Shown: positions 55,972 to 64,000 of the stretch, in pieces
How the letters are laid out: every line of letters begins with the position of its first letter
Numbering within the stretch: the stretch's first letter is position 1
Assembly: GCA_963701955.1 (NCBI GenBank)
Contig: OY969694.1
Coordinates: forward strand, 2,291,224-2,355,223
Length of the DNA stretch: 64,000 bases
Direction: 5' to 3'
Origin: an uncultured Acidimicrobiaceae bacterium
Lineage (GTDB): Bacteria; Actinomycetota; Acidimicrobiia; Acidimicrobiales; RAAP-2
Notes under the pieces: generated by a model
Seen by the model: only the letters and a program-made list of their open reading frames with translations
Database searches by the model: none
What the model was told of the DNA's origin: nothing
Program-made: the position numbers and the translations under genes

Positions 55972-56835
55972 TCATCCCGCGCTGAAACTGGGAAGTTCGT
56001 CAAAGTTCAGACGGGGAATAGGGCTGGCGACCTTTCGGAGCGTGCGGGCCGGCCCATCTGTGAGGACGTTGGGCCTCGCGTGTTGCATGGCCAGGTTGTC
56101 CCACACGACCAAGTCGTGTCGGTGCCATTCGTGATCCCAGCGGTTCGCAGGATTGTAAAGATGTGCGAAGAGTTCTTCGAGCAATCGTTCGCTCTCACCG
56201 GGGTCGAGGCCGACGATCTCCTTGGTCATCTGCTCGCAGATGTAGAGGATCGTCTGGCCGGTCCGCGGGTGTCGGTAGGCGATCGGGGCGATCGTATGCG
56301 GGGGATTCTCGACCGTTGAGACGAGAACGTCCGTCAGGTCACCTCGTCTCACTTCGCCCGCCGTGTGCAGCGCACTGAGTCCCTGGACCCGCTGGCGTAG
56401 GTGGTCGGGAAGCGTCGCCCAGGCATTGACTCCACTGACGAAGCTCGTGGGTATCGCAGGTTCCTCAACGTCGACACCGTACAGCGAGAGCACTTCGAAT
56501 GGCCCGGGCGCCCACATGGTGTCGGAATGGAATTGCAGCCGACCGAAGGGCGCTGCCGAGGCGGGACGCTTGTTCGAGATGTAGAAGTTGTCCTCAAGAG
56601 CGGCCGCTTCACCTCCGGTTCCGTCCCCGGCGTCGACTTGACGGATCAGCATCCTCGAAAGGTACAGCTGGTAGGCGTGGTCGATGTCGAGCTCACGGAA
56701 CACGAGCACGCCTCGCCGGTCGAACAGATCCTGCAGGAACCGGCACGTCTGGGCGTCGAGCGGCATCTCCGGACGAAAGCCGATGACCTCCGCACCGAAT
56801 GCGGGGGTGAGCTCTGTGATGTTCAACTCGGACAT
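55972..56835 (-). CDS. TauD/TfdA-family Fe(II)/2-oxoglutarate dioxygenase (copy 1)
   Basis: GAAGGAGG precedes ATG at 56835. The product reads MSELNITELTPAFGAEVIGF...GRLQFHSDTMW (HxD)...VVWDNLAMQHARP. Confidence 0.85.
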   Translation of the reverse strand: MSELNITELTPAFGAEVIGFRPEMPLDAQTCRFLQDLFDRRGVLVFRELDIDHAYQLYLSRMLIRQVDAGDGTGGEAAALEDNFYISNKRPASAAPFGRLQFHSDTMWAPGPFEVLSLYGVDVEEPAIPTSFVSGVNAWATLPDHLRQRVQGLSALHTAGEVRRGDLTDVLVSTVENPPHTIAPIAYRHPRTGQTILYICEQMTKEIVGLDPGESERLLEELFAHLYNPANRWDHEWHRHDLVVWDNLAMQHARPNVLTDGPARTLRKVASPIPRLNFDELPSFSAG

Positions 56836-57524
56836 TTGAAAGCCTCCTTCGATAGCCACTCGTTCGTCTGGTCCATCTCGCGGGGCACGGTGTCGGTCCA
56901 TTCACGGCAAAGATCGGCCAACGCGCCGAAGCTTTCGTCGACCGCTTCGCCGAGGTCCCCGCGGCACCCACCGGCAATCCACCCCTCGACAGCGGTGCCG
57001 AGCATGGCCAAGGAGATCTTGGCGGCGGCGGCACAACGCTCATCTGATGCCTCGAGGCCCTTGCGTTGTGCCAGCGCGTCGGTCACGACGGCCAGCCATC
57101 GGAACCCCCGCCGGTAGCTCATTCCCCGCAAGACGTCCGACCCGGCCACGACCTTCGCCTTCTCTGCTGTTCTCGCCGGATCGATCGCGGCAATCCATGC
57201 CTGTTGCACGGCCCGCCGGACGGCCTCGGCATCGTTCTCGGACCGAGGCCGTGCCGCGATGGCCTCGTAGAGCGCCGGCAGTTCGTTGCCATGGTCGCTG
57301 AGCACGATCTCGGCTTTGCTCGGGAAGTAACGAAACAATGTGGTGGGCGAGACCTCGGCACATTCCGCGATCTGCTCCACCGTTGTGGCCTCGTATCCCT
57401 GGCCTTCGAACAACAAGAGCGCTGCGTCCTCGATGGCGACGCGGGTCCTGGCCTTCTTGCGAGACCGGAGTCCGTCCGGCGGAGGTCCCAGGTCTCGGCG
57501 GAATGCGACTTGTGTCGAGATCAT
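56823..57524 (-). CDS. TetR-family transcriptional regulator (copy 1)
   Basis: The product reads ...RKKARTRVAIEDAALLLFEGQGYEATTVEQIAECAEVSPTTLFRYFPSKAEIV. Its 3' end overlaps the TauD start by 13 nt. Confidence 0.85.
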   Translation of the reverse strand: MISTQVAFRRDLGPPPDGLRSRKKARTRVAIEDAALLLFEGQGYEATTVEQIAECAEVSPTTLFRYFPSKAEIVLSDHGNELPALYEAIAARPRSENDAEAVRRAVQQAWIAAIDPARTAEKAKVVAGSDVLRGMSYRRGFRWLAVVTDALAQRKGLEASDERCAAAAKISLAMLGTAVEGWIAGGCRGDLGEAVDESFGALADLCREWTDTVPREMDQTNEWLSKEAFKCPS

Positions 57525-57711
57525 CGGAAAGATATTGTAACCGACCATCAGATGATAGTGACCCACATTTCAGTGTAGGTCGCAAAATCTCAGGGGGGTC
57601 TCCGAGTAGTGATCGGCTGCTCACCCTCTTGGGGTTGCCAACAGGGAGCAGGGCGACGGTCTCTTTGTGAGGAGGGATCCCGAGCCCGTGAATCGTCTAG
57701 GAGGAACATCG

Positions 57712-58527
57712 ATGGGAAAGCTCGACGGCAAGGTTGCGTTCATCAGCGGTGGCGCGCGCGGTCAAGGTCGTAGCCACGCGGTTCGTCTCGCGGAGGAAGG
57801 GGCGGACATCATCACGTTCGATATCTGCGCACAGATCGAGACCGTTCCCTACCCGATGTCGACGCCGGCGGATCTCGAGCAGACCGTGAAGGAAGTCGAG
57901 GCGACTGGTCGTTCCATCTTCGCCCGCCAGGCTGACGCTCGAGACGTGGCGTCGCTGCGAGAGGTATTCGCTCAGGGGACGGCTGAACTGGGTCCTGTTG
58001 AGATCGTTCTGGCCAATGCAGGCATCGGCGTCGGTGGATTCGAAGAGCACGACCAGGATTGGTACGACGTCATCGATGTGAATCTCAGCGGCGTCTGGAA
58101 CACGGTACGTGTGGCCATTCCCTCCATGATCGAGCATGGGCGGGGCGGGGCGATCGTGTTGACCAGCTCCACCGGAGGGCTCATCGGGGTCGCCACCAAC
58201 GCACCAGGGATGCTTGCCTACCAGGCGTCGAAGCACGGGGTCATCGGTCTGATGCGTTCGTGGGCGAACTATCTGGCCCCACACAACATCAGGGTCAACA
58301 GCGTGGCACCGACCGCAGTCAGCACGCCGATGGCGGTGAACGACCTGATGAAGAAGGCGTTGGAGGAGGACCCCGGTCTGGCCAACGCGTGGATGAACGC
58401 CCTGCCGGTCGGTATGGTCGACGCGATCGACGTTTCCAACGCCATCGCCTGGCTGGTCTCCGATGAGGCCCGCTATGTCACCGGCACGGTTGTTCCCGTC
58501 GATGCCGGCATGGTCAACAAGCGATAA
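57712..58527 (+). CDS. SDR oxidoreductase of the mycofactocin-coupled / carveol-dehydrogenase-like subfamily
   Basis: AGGAGG precedes ATG at 57712. The product reads MGKLDGKVAFISGGARGQGRSHAVRLAEEGADIITFDICAQIETVPYPMSTPADLEQTVKEVEATGRSIFARQADARD... This is the insertion-bearing N-terminus typical of that subfamily. Confidence 0.8.
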   Translation: MGKLDGKVAFISGGARGQGRSHAVRLAEEGADIITFDICAQIETVPYPMSTPADLEQTVKEVEATGRSIFARQADARDVASLREVFAQGTAELGPVEIVLANAGIGVGGFEEHDQDWYDVIDVNLSGVWNTVRVAIPSMIEHGRGGAIVLTSSTGGLIGVATNAPGMLAYQASKHGVIGLMRSWANYLAPHNIRVNSVAPTAVSTPMAVNDLMKKALEEDPGLANAWMNALPVGMVDAIDVSNAIAWLVSDEARYVTGTVVPVDAGMVNKR

Positions 58528-58664
58528 CGGGTCTCGGCGATCGGGGCATCTTGTGCTCATCGAGCGCGATCTTGCGCACCCCGCGACGTGGCTCTGGCGT
58601 GACATCGTTCATCGATGACTGGCCCGCCAGCTCGAACGCGAAGAGCAACTGGGGCAAGAGCCCA

Positions 58665-59549
58665 TCACCCAAGGTGTTCCTTGGCGTTGGCTTGCAGGCG
58701 CGCTGCCATCGCGCTGGCGCCCGCACTGGCCATTTCGGTGTTGCACACCTGGTAGGCGACGTACGGGTCACCACCAACTGCGCCCAGTGCGGCAAGCATG
58801 CCGTCCAGGTCGATGATGCCCTCCCCCGGCACGGGGCGGACGGTCAGGCACTCGACCATGTACTCCTCGGCCGACGAAACGGGCCCTTCTGTGTCGTCGG
58901 TGAGCTGCACGTAGTTGATGTGCTCGCCGGGGATCTGACGTAGTCGATCGAAGTCCGGCCCACCCCGCTGGCGCTGCCAATGCATCAGATCGACGCAGAT
59001 GCCACCGTTGGTAGCACCCGACTCCCGCACGATCTCCCAGGCGGTGTCGATGTCGGGGATGGCGTACCAGGGGATGTGCTCGATGCTCACCCGAATGCCG
59101 TAGGTCTCGGCCCGTTCGCACAGTGCGGCGAATCCCTCGACGGCCCTTGGAAGGGATTCGAGTTCCAATGCCATCGAGGTGCCGTGGAGCACCCCGGCTC
59201 CGATTGCGGCCGTCATCTCGAGCAGCTCGTCGGCATCCTCGATGGCCGCGTCGCGCCCGCCCGCCCATTTGATCGCCCCCTCGAGGGCACCGGCGGTCAT
59301 CCCGGTTTCATCGAGAAGCCTGCGAGTGGCGTCGACCCCAAAGCGGGTGACCCAATAGCTCTGTAGGGCCACGCTCGGGAAGCCGGCGGACGCGGCCACG
59401 CGGCAAAGGCGGTCGACGTCCTCGGCAACGAACTTCGACGGGGTGATGTGAAGCGTGCTGACGCAGATACCCACGCGGTCGGCGGCAAAGGTTTCTGGAA
59501 GCACTGGTCCCCGTTCCTCGATTCGCCCGCGGGCCGGCTTAGGCCACAC
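58665..59549 (-). CDS. Sugar phosphate isomerase/epimerase (xylose-isomerase-like TIM barrel)
   Basis: The product reads ...GICVSTLH...GFPSVAL...VSIEHIPWYAIPD...GICVDLMHW...YVQLTD... The start is uncertain (track 59549 overlaps the upstream gene; GTG at 59504 is possible). Confidence 0.75.
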   Translation of the reverse strand: MWPKPARGRIEERGPVLPETFAADRVGICVSTLHITPSKFVAEDVDRLCRVAASAGFPSVALQSYWVTRFGVDATRRLLDETGMTAGALEGAIKWAGGRDAAIEDADELLEMTAAIGAGVLHGTSMALELESLPRAVEGFAALCERAETYGIRVSIEHIPWYAIPDIDTAWEIVRESGATNGGICVDLMHWQRQRGGPDFDRLRQIPGEHINYVQLTDDTEGPVSSAEEYMVECLTVRPVPGEGIIDLDGMLAALGAVGGDPYVAYQVCNTEMASAGASAMAARLQANAKEHLG

Positions 59550-60807
59550 GGCGGGCGGCGAAGATGGTGCAGCGGGTGTCGGTCGGATAGTTCGGCCACT
59601 CGTCGGCCGCCAGCGGTGTGGTCAACTGCCCGACCGTCGGCCCGATCTTGTCCGCCACTGCCTGGAGGGCGGCAGGGTCGAAGTGGTACAGCTCGGTCGC
59701 CCGCCTGGCGACGAGCTGGTCGAGCTCGTCGACGGGGAGATCCGAGAGCATCAACCGGATCGCCTCGATCGAGTACGGGTGGGTGCCCTCCGAGTGTGGA
59801 ACGTCGGCACCCCACATGAGATTGGGGAGACCGAGGTCGTAGGCGGTGCGCAGGTCATGTGTCGGTCCAGCGACGTAGCAATTCCCGGCGAAGTATTCGC
59901 TCGGCAGCTTTTGCAGCGCTGCCACGGCGCCCTGGGTCTGCTCGTACATCGGCAGATGCTCACCCACGTTCATCGCCTGGAGCATTCCGTCGAGCTGAGC
60001 CAGGTAGCCCTTGATCTGCGACGCCGAAGTGATCTCCGTGACGACATAGGTGAGGTCTGGATGCCGCTCGAACACGCCCGAGAGGATCATGTGACCGATC
60101 GAGCGCATCACGTAGAATTGCATCTCGGTCATGCCGATCAACGCGGAGGCCTGACCGCCCTCCTCGATCGGTTCCGTCGGAAACGAAGCGTGGCGGTGGA
60201 CCGGCATGCCCAGCTCGGCACACACCGCCCACAGCGGATCGTACTGCGGGTAATAGAGGTTGGCCATCCGCAGCACGTGGTCGTTGGGAATGAGTACACC
60301 GCGCAGACCGGAGTCCTTCGCCCACCGGACCTCCGCGATGGCAGCGTCGACATCGTCGAGGAAGATCTGGGCGAACCCGGCCCACCGATCGGGTGCGGCG
60401 CTGCAAAAATCGGCCAACCAGCGGTTGTGGGCCCGCACCCCGGCGAAGCGCAGTTCCAGCTCCTCGGCGTTGCGGGGGCCGGGCGCGGTCACTGCACCGG
60501 AAGGGTAGAACGGCGGCGAGGTGTTGGGAAAGAGGACCTCCGCGGTGATGCCCTGGTCGTCAAGGAGCGCAAGGCGCTCCTTGGCGTCCCAGTTCACAGA
60601 TGCCTGAGCCGAGGCCACCCCGACGCGGTGGTTGGGTTCGCGGTCCTGGTCGATGTCCTCGGCCCAGGCATCGTGATAATTCGCCGCCCAGGTGTCGAAG
60701 GCGTCGTGGTAGGTGCTCTCGAGGTACGGCTTGTAGTCGAGGATGTCGGCACCAGCGTGGCCGTCGGTAGAGAACAGGACCTGCCGTCGTTGCGCTGAAG
60801 TGGTCAT
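59539..60807 (-). CDS. Amidohydrolase-2 family protein, paralogue of 21638..22942
   Basis: The product reads MTTSAQRRQVLFSTDGHAGADILDYKPYLES...AEVLFPNTSPPFYPSG...HNRWLADFC...PVHRHAS...MWGADVPHSEG. It is collinear with the other copy. Confidence 0.85.
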   Translation of the reverse strand: MTTSAQRRQVLFSTDGHAGADILDYKPYLESTYHDAFDTWAANYHDAWAEDIDQDREPNHRVGVASAQASVNWDAKERLALLDDQGITAEVLFPNTSPPFYPSGAVTAPGPRNAEELELRFAGVRAHNRWLADFCSAAPDRWAGFAQIFLDDVDAAIAEVRWAKDSGLRGVLIPNDHVLRMANLYYPQYDPLWAVCAELGMPVHRHASFPTEPIEEGGQASALIGMTEMQFYVMRSIGHMILSGVFERHPDLTYVVTEITSASQIKGYLAQLDGMLQAMNVGEHLPMYEQTQGAVAALQKLPSEYFAGNCYVAGPTHDLRTAYDLGLPNLMWGADVPHSEGTHPYSIEAIRLMLSDLPVDELDQLVARRATELYHFDPAALQAVADKIGPTVGQLTTPLAADEWPNYPTDTRCTIFAARRVA

Positions 60808-60898
60808 GTCAGTCTCCTAGCGAGCACTCGAGGAAGCCGTGTGCGTTGACCGATCCGTCTCCGAGGTGTCCATCGAGCACCGCTGATCCATCGCCCAA

Positions 60899-61684
60899 TC
60901 ACAGGTCAGGATAGACGGGCCTGATCTCATCGATCGTGCCTCCGGTCAGTTTCATGAGGAGCGCCGTCACCCACGACGCGGCCGGAGAGCACAGGAAGAT
61001 GGCGGCGTTGGCCACGTCCTCGACCGTTCCGAGGCGCTTCATGCGCGTATGGTCGGCAAGGTCCTGACGCAGGGAGTCGTCCTTCTCGTCCCAGTAACGC
61101 TGCAGCGCTTCGGTCATGATCGGCCCGGGCAGCAGGGCATTCACCCGGATCCGTGGCCCCAGGTCGGCGGCCATCGATAGGGTGAGCTGTGACTCGGCGG
61201 TTTTGCCGGTGTGGTGGGCGAGCGAACCGCGGATCGACACGAGCGTCGTCTGCGAGCTGATGTTCAAGATTGACGCCCCGGGGCGTTCGAGCAGATGCGG
61301 CACCGCAAGGCGAGATAGCTCGAAGGGCACCAGCACGTTGAAGTGGACCGCTTCCTTGATGTGGTCGACCCGGGTGTCGAGGAACGGGGGCGAAATCTCG
61401 CCTCCGGCGTTGTTCACGAGAATATCGAGACCGCCGAGCTCGTCGACCGTGCGGGCGATGACCCCAGGCAGCGCGGCGAGGTCCTTCACGTCCGCGGTGA
61501 GGGGGAGTGCCCGGCCACCGGCGGCTTCGATCTCAGCAGCGACGGCGTCGACGTCTGAGTGCGTACGCGCCACCACCGCAACGCTGGCTCCCGCCTCGGC
61601 GAAGCCGCGAGCGATGCCGGCGCCGATGCCGCGACCGGCTCCGGTGATGAGTGCGATCTTCCCGGCAAGTGAGAACTGATTCAT
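60899..61684 (-). CDS. Short-chain dehydrogenase/reductase
   Basis: The product reads MNQFSLAGKIALITGAGRGIGAGIA...NNAGG...with SxnYxxxK-type spacing. Confidence 0.9.
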   Translation of the reverse strand: MNQFSLAGKIALITGAGRGIGAGIARGFAEAGASVAVVARTHSDVDAVAAEIEAAGGRALPLTADVKDLAALPGVIARTVDELGGLDILVNNAGGEISPPFLDTRVDHIKEAVHFNVLVPFELSRLAVPHLLERPGASILNISSQTTLVSIRGSLAHHTGKTAESQLTLSMAADLGPRIRVNALLPGPIMTEALQRYWDEKDDSLRQDLADHTRMKRLGTVEDVANAAIFLCSPAASWVTALLMKLTGGTIDEIRPVYPDL

Positions 61685-61747
61685 TGCGTACTCCGTAACG
61701 CCTTACCGATGGAGCACCCCGCCGGACGATCTTGGATGACGCTCCCG

Positions 61748-62611
61748 TCAGGGGGCATTCGTATAGACGGGGATCTCGTCCTGCTCGAGCGACGGCATCG
61801 GCGTGGCCACCTTGCGCAGGGTGCGGACTGGCCCGTCGGCGGGAACGTTCGGCCGAGCGTGCTGGATGGCGAGGTTGTCCCAGAGGGCCAGGTCGTGGAG
61901 CTGCCAGTCGTGGTCCCACACGTTGGCGGGGGCGTAGACGTGGTCGAAAACCTCGTCGAGCAGCGCCTCACCCTCCGCAGGATCCATGTCGACGATCTCG
62001 CGGGTGTTCTGCTCGCAGACGTAGACGAGGGGGACCCCCGTCCGCGGGTGGGTCAGCACGACCGGCTTGCGGGTCCACGGCGGACGCTCGACGGGAGAGA
62101 GCAGGACGTCGCTCAGATCGCCTCGCCGCCGGATCTGCCCGGCGCTGTTGATCGCCTCGAGACCGTCGAGCCGATGGCGAAGGTCGTCGGGCAGCGTGGA
62201 GTACCCCCGCACCATGCTGGCAAAGCTGGTGGGTGCGACCGGCGGTTCGAGCTCGGAGGCGTAGAGCGACACGATCTCGTTGGGCTCGTTGGCCCATGCG
62301 GTGTCCATGTGGAACTGCAGCCGGCCATAGGGCGCCGCCGAGTTGGGCCTCACGTTCGATACGTACCAGCGGTCTTCGGTCGGCACATCGCTGACTCTCG
62401 TCGCGGGCTTGCGGATCAGCAGCTCGCACATCTCCGTCTGTTCCGCGTAGGTCAGCTCGACACCACGGATCACGATGACACCACGAGTGTCGAACAGGTC
62501 TTGGAGCGTCGCAGCAGTCGCCGCATCTGCGAACATCGACGGTTCGAATCCTTCAACGATGGTTCCAAATCCCGGTCCCACGTCTCGGGTCGTCAACTCG
62601 GGCATGGTCAA
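61748..62611 (-). CDS. TauD/TfdA-family Fe(II)/2-oxoglutarate dioxygenase (copy 2)
   Basis: The product reads MPELTTRDVGPGFGTIVEGF...GRLQFHMDTAW...ALWDNLAIQHARP. It is the same length (287 aa) as copy 1. Confidence 0.85.
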   Translation of the reverse strand: MTMPELTTRDVGPGFGTIVEGFEPSMFADAATAATLQDLFDTRGVIVIRGVELTYAEQTEMCELLIRKPATRVSDVPTEDRWYVSNVRPNSAAPYGRLQFHMDTAWANEPNEIVSLYASELEPPVAPTSFASMVRGYSTLPDDLRHRLDGLEAINSAGQIRRRGDLSDVLLSPVERPPWTRKPVVLTHPRTGVPLVYVCEQNTREIVDMDPAEGEALLDEVFDHVYAPANVWDHDWQLHDLALWDNLAIQHARPNVPADGPVRTLRKVATPMPSLEQDEIPVYTNAP

Positions 62612-62777
62612 AGCTCCCTTCTTCTGCCGCTCGTCGGAGTCGGCAATCGCGGTCCAGGTCGGTATCGGTCGGCGAGATCGATCTCCCGACGGAAGACGAT
62701 GGCAGGGTGGGATGATCGAATCTCGTCAGCTCGCCCACGCGCCCCCTGGGAGCCTAGGTGAGAGCCCACCTTTTATC

Positions 62778-62794
62778 TGAGATTGTCTCTCAGT
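62778..62794. promoter_or_regulatory. Inverted repeat CTGAGA-ttgtc-TCTCAG, candidate TetR operator
   Basis: This is a perfect 6+6 inverted repeat 26 nt upstream of the TetR start (62820). It lies in the AT-richer end of the 208-nt divergent TauD/TetR intergenic region. Confidence 0.4.
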
Positions 62795-62819
62795 TGAATG
62801 CCTCTATCATAAGCAATCG

Positions 62820-63458
62820 ATGCCGCCCGCTCAAGTGGTGTTCTCGCCGACAGCTGTGGTCTCCGACGGCCTACGCGAACGCAAGAAGGTCCGGACGCGC
62901 TCGGCGATTGAGAACGCCGCCCTGGACCTGTTCGAGGCCCAGGGCTACGAAGCGACCACCGTCGAGCAGATCGCAGCAAAGGTTGAGGTGGCAACGGCTA
63001 CCTTCTTTCGCTACTTCCCCACCAAGGCCGAGATTCTGGTCGGCAACAACAACCGGCAACTCCCAGCCATGACCCAGGCCATCCTCGATCGTCCCCGTGA
63101 CGAGAATGGCCTCGTCGCCATCCGCCACGCCATCCTCGATGAGTGGGTGGCCGCCGTCGACCCAGAGCTCACAGCCCGCAAAGCCCGGATCGTCGCCACC
63201 TCCGATCTACTCAGCGGGCTCAGCTACCACCGAGGGCAGCAGTGGCTCGAGTCGTTCGTTGAAGCCCTGGCGCAACGGCGCGAAGTTGAACCCAACGACG
63301 CCCGGTGTGTGCTCATCGCGCGGATCGCCCTCGAAGCGATGGCATCGGCGGTCGAGGGTTGGATCGAGGGGGACTGCGTCGGTGATCTCGCCGCCGCGGT
63401 GGAACACAGCTTCGATTTGATCGTTGCCGTGTGCGGTGAATTGTCGGGGGACAGATGA
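62820..63458 (+). CDS. TetR-family transcriptional regulator (copy 2)
   Basis: The product reads ...RKKVRTRSAIENAALDLFEAQGYEATTVEQIAAKVEVATATFFRYFPTKAEIL. It is collinear with copy 1. Confidence 0.85.
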   Translation: MPPAQVVFSPTAVVSDGLRERKKVRTRSAIENAALDLFEAQGYEATTVEQIAAKVEVATATFFRYFPTKAEILVGNNNRQLPAMTQAILDRPRDENGLVAIRHAILDEWVAAVDPELTARKARIVATSDLLSGLSYHRGQQWLESFVEALAQRREVEPNDARCVLIARIALEAMASAVEGWIEGDCVGDLAAAVEHSFDLIVAVCGELSGDR

Positions 63459-64000
63459 CTTGGTCGGGCTCGAAGTAGTCCGTACTGGGGCGCGCTGGCT
63501 GTTGTCCGCCGCTGACCCGCCTTCAAATGAGGGTCATCGAATATTTCGACGGGCTTCGACCATGCGGGATCGCCCAGTCTCGGAAGGACAGTGAGTTCCG
63601 TCGGTCGGTGCACGGTCCTGGTCATGATGATCGGTGCTGTTGACCAACACCGACCGATGGAGCCACCACGATGCCGGGCGCGTTGCTGCCCGAAGGCGAG
63701 GAAATCAGCCCTGCAGTTGCGCGGATGCGCGTCTTTCAGTTCACGCGGTTCCGTCAGTGATCGGAGTGAAGACTCACTCTCGTCGTTCGTCAAGGCGTTG
63801 ACCGAGCGCTGTTCTGCGTCGCGCAGACCTTCAACAGTTGAAACTGCGGACATCGGGGTGCCTCTGATGGTGGCCATCACCGCCGGCAAGCGGGGGGGTC
63901 CCTATCGACATGGAACATATGCGACAGCCCTCCGACAAGGCTGCCGCTCGGCGGAGGGAGGTGCAGCTGAAGCCAGCATCCGTCGCTCGAAGAGAAGGAG

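Noticed and set aside
63224-63889. 221-aa minus-strand ORF at the right end of the window
   Set aside because: Its C-terminal 78 codons are antisense to the well-supported TetR gene (62820..63458). The N-terminal part (MSAVSTVEGLRDAEQRSVNAL...) is only vaguely NTF2-like. It may be a decayed gene, but I cannot support any boundaries.

Overview
This is a high-GC Actinomycetota-type chromosomal segment. The taxon call rests on split LigD NHEJ genes, an ECF41-type sigma factor, F420/deazaflavin-type enzymes, a mycothiol-type DinB protein and a mycofactocin-type SDR. I support about 58 protein-coding genes, 6 pseudogene remnants, one tRNA-derived scar, one terminator-like hairpin and two candidate operators. 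I found no rRNA, no intact tRNA, no CRISPR array and no intact transposase or integrase. Positions 1-38.9 kb look core-like: a spot count on the 60-nt line at 3001 gives 42/60 G+C. This part holds an NHEJ module, transporters, redox and hydrolase genes, a PBP transpeptidase and a giant patatin protein. From about 38.95 kb the composition drops (32/60 on the line at 40441, 39/60 at 57001) and the region becomes mosaic. It contains GNAT, LCP, methyltransferase, integrase and ABC-ATPase remnants, a tRNA-Gly(CCC) 3' scar, a secreted Pmp-repeat beta-helix protein and an HD-GYP/FN3 membrane protein. A catabolic cluster with duplicated TetR/TauD modules also lies here. The two best candidates for uncharacterised biology are these. 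(i) A translationally coupled operon (26374..29316) encodes three paralogous double-YbjQ (DUF74) proteins, six domains in total, led by a 137-aa unknown protein. (ii) A 1106-aa protein (35622..38942) fuses a patatin phospholipase to a C-terminal propeller-like repeat array. Five single-base (+1) frameshifts in four otherwise intact genes all sit in short GC-rich or homopolymer runs. That pattern suggests assembly indels at least as strongly as real gene decay. All family assignments come from reading motifs by eye. No database search, HMM run or composition scan was performed.
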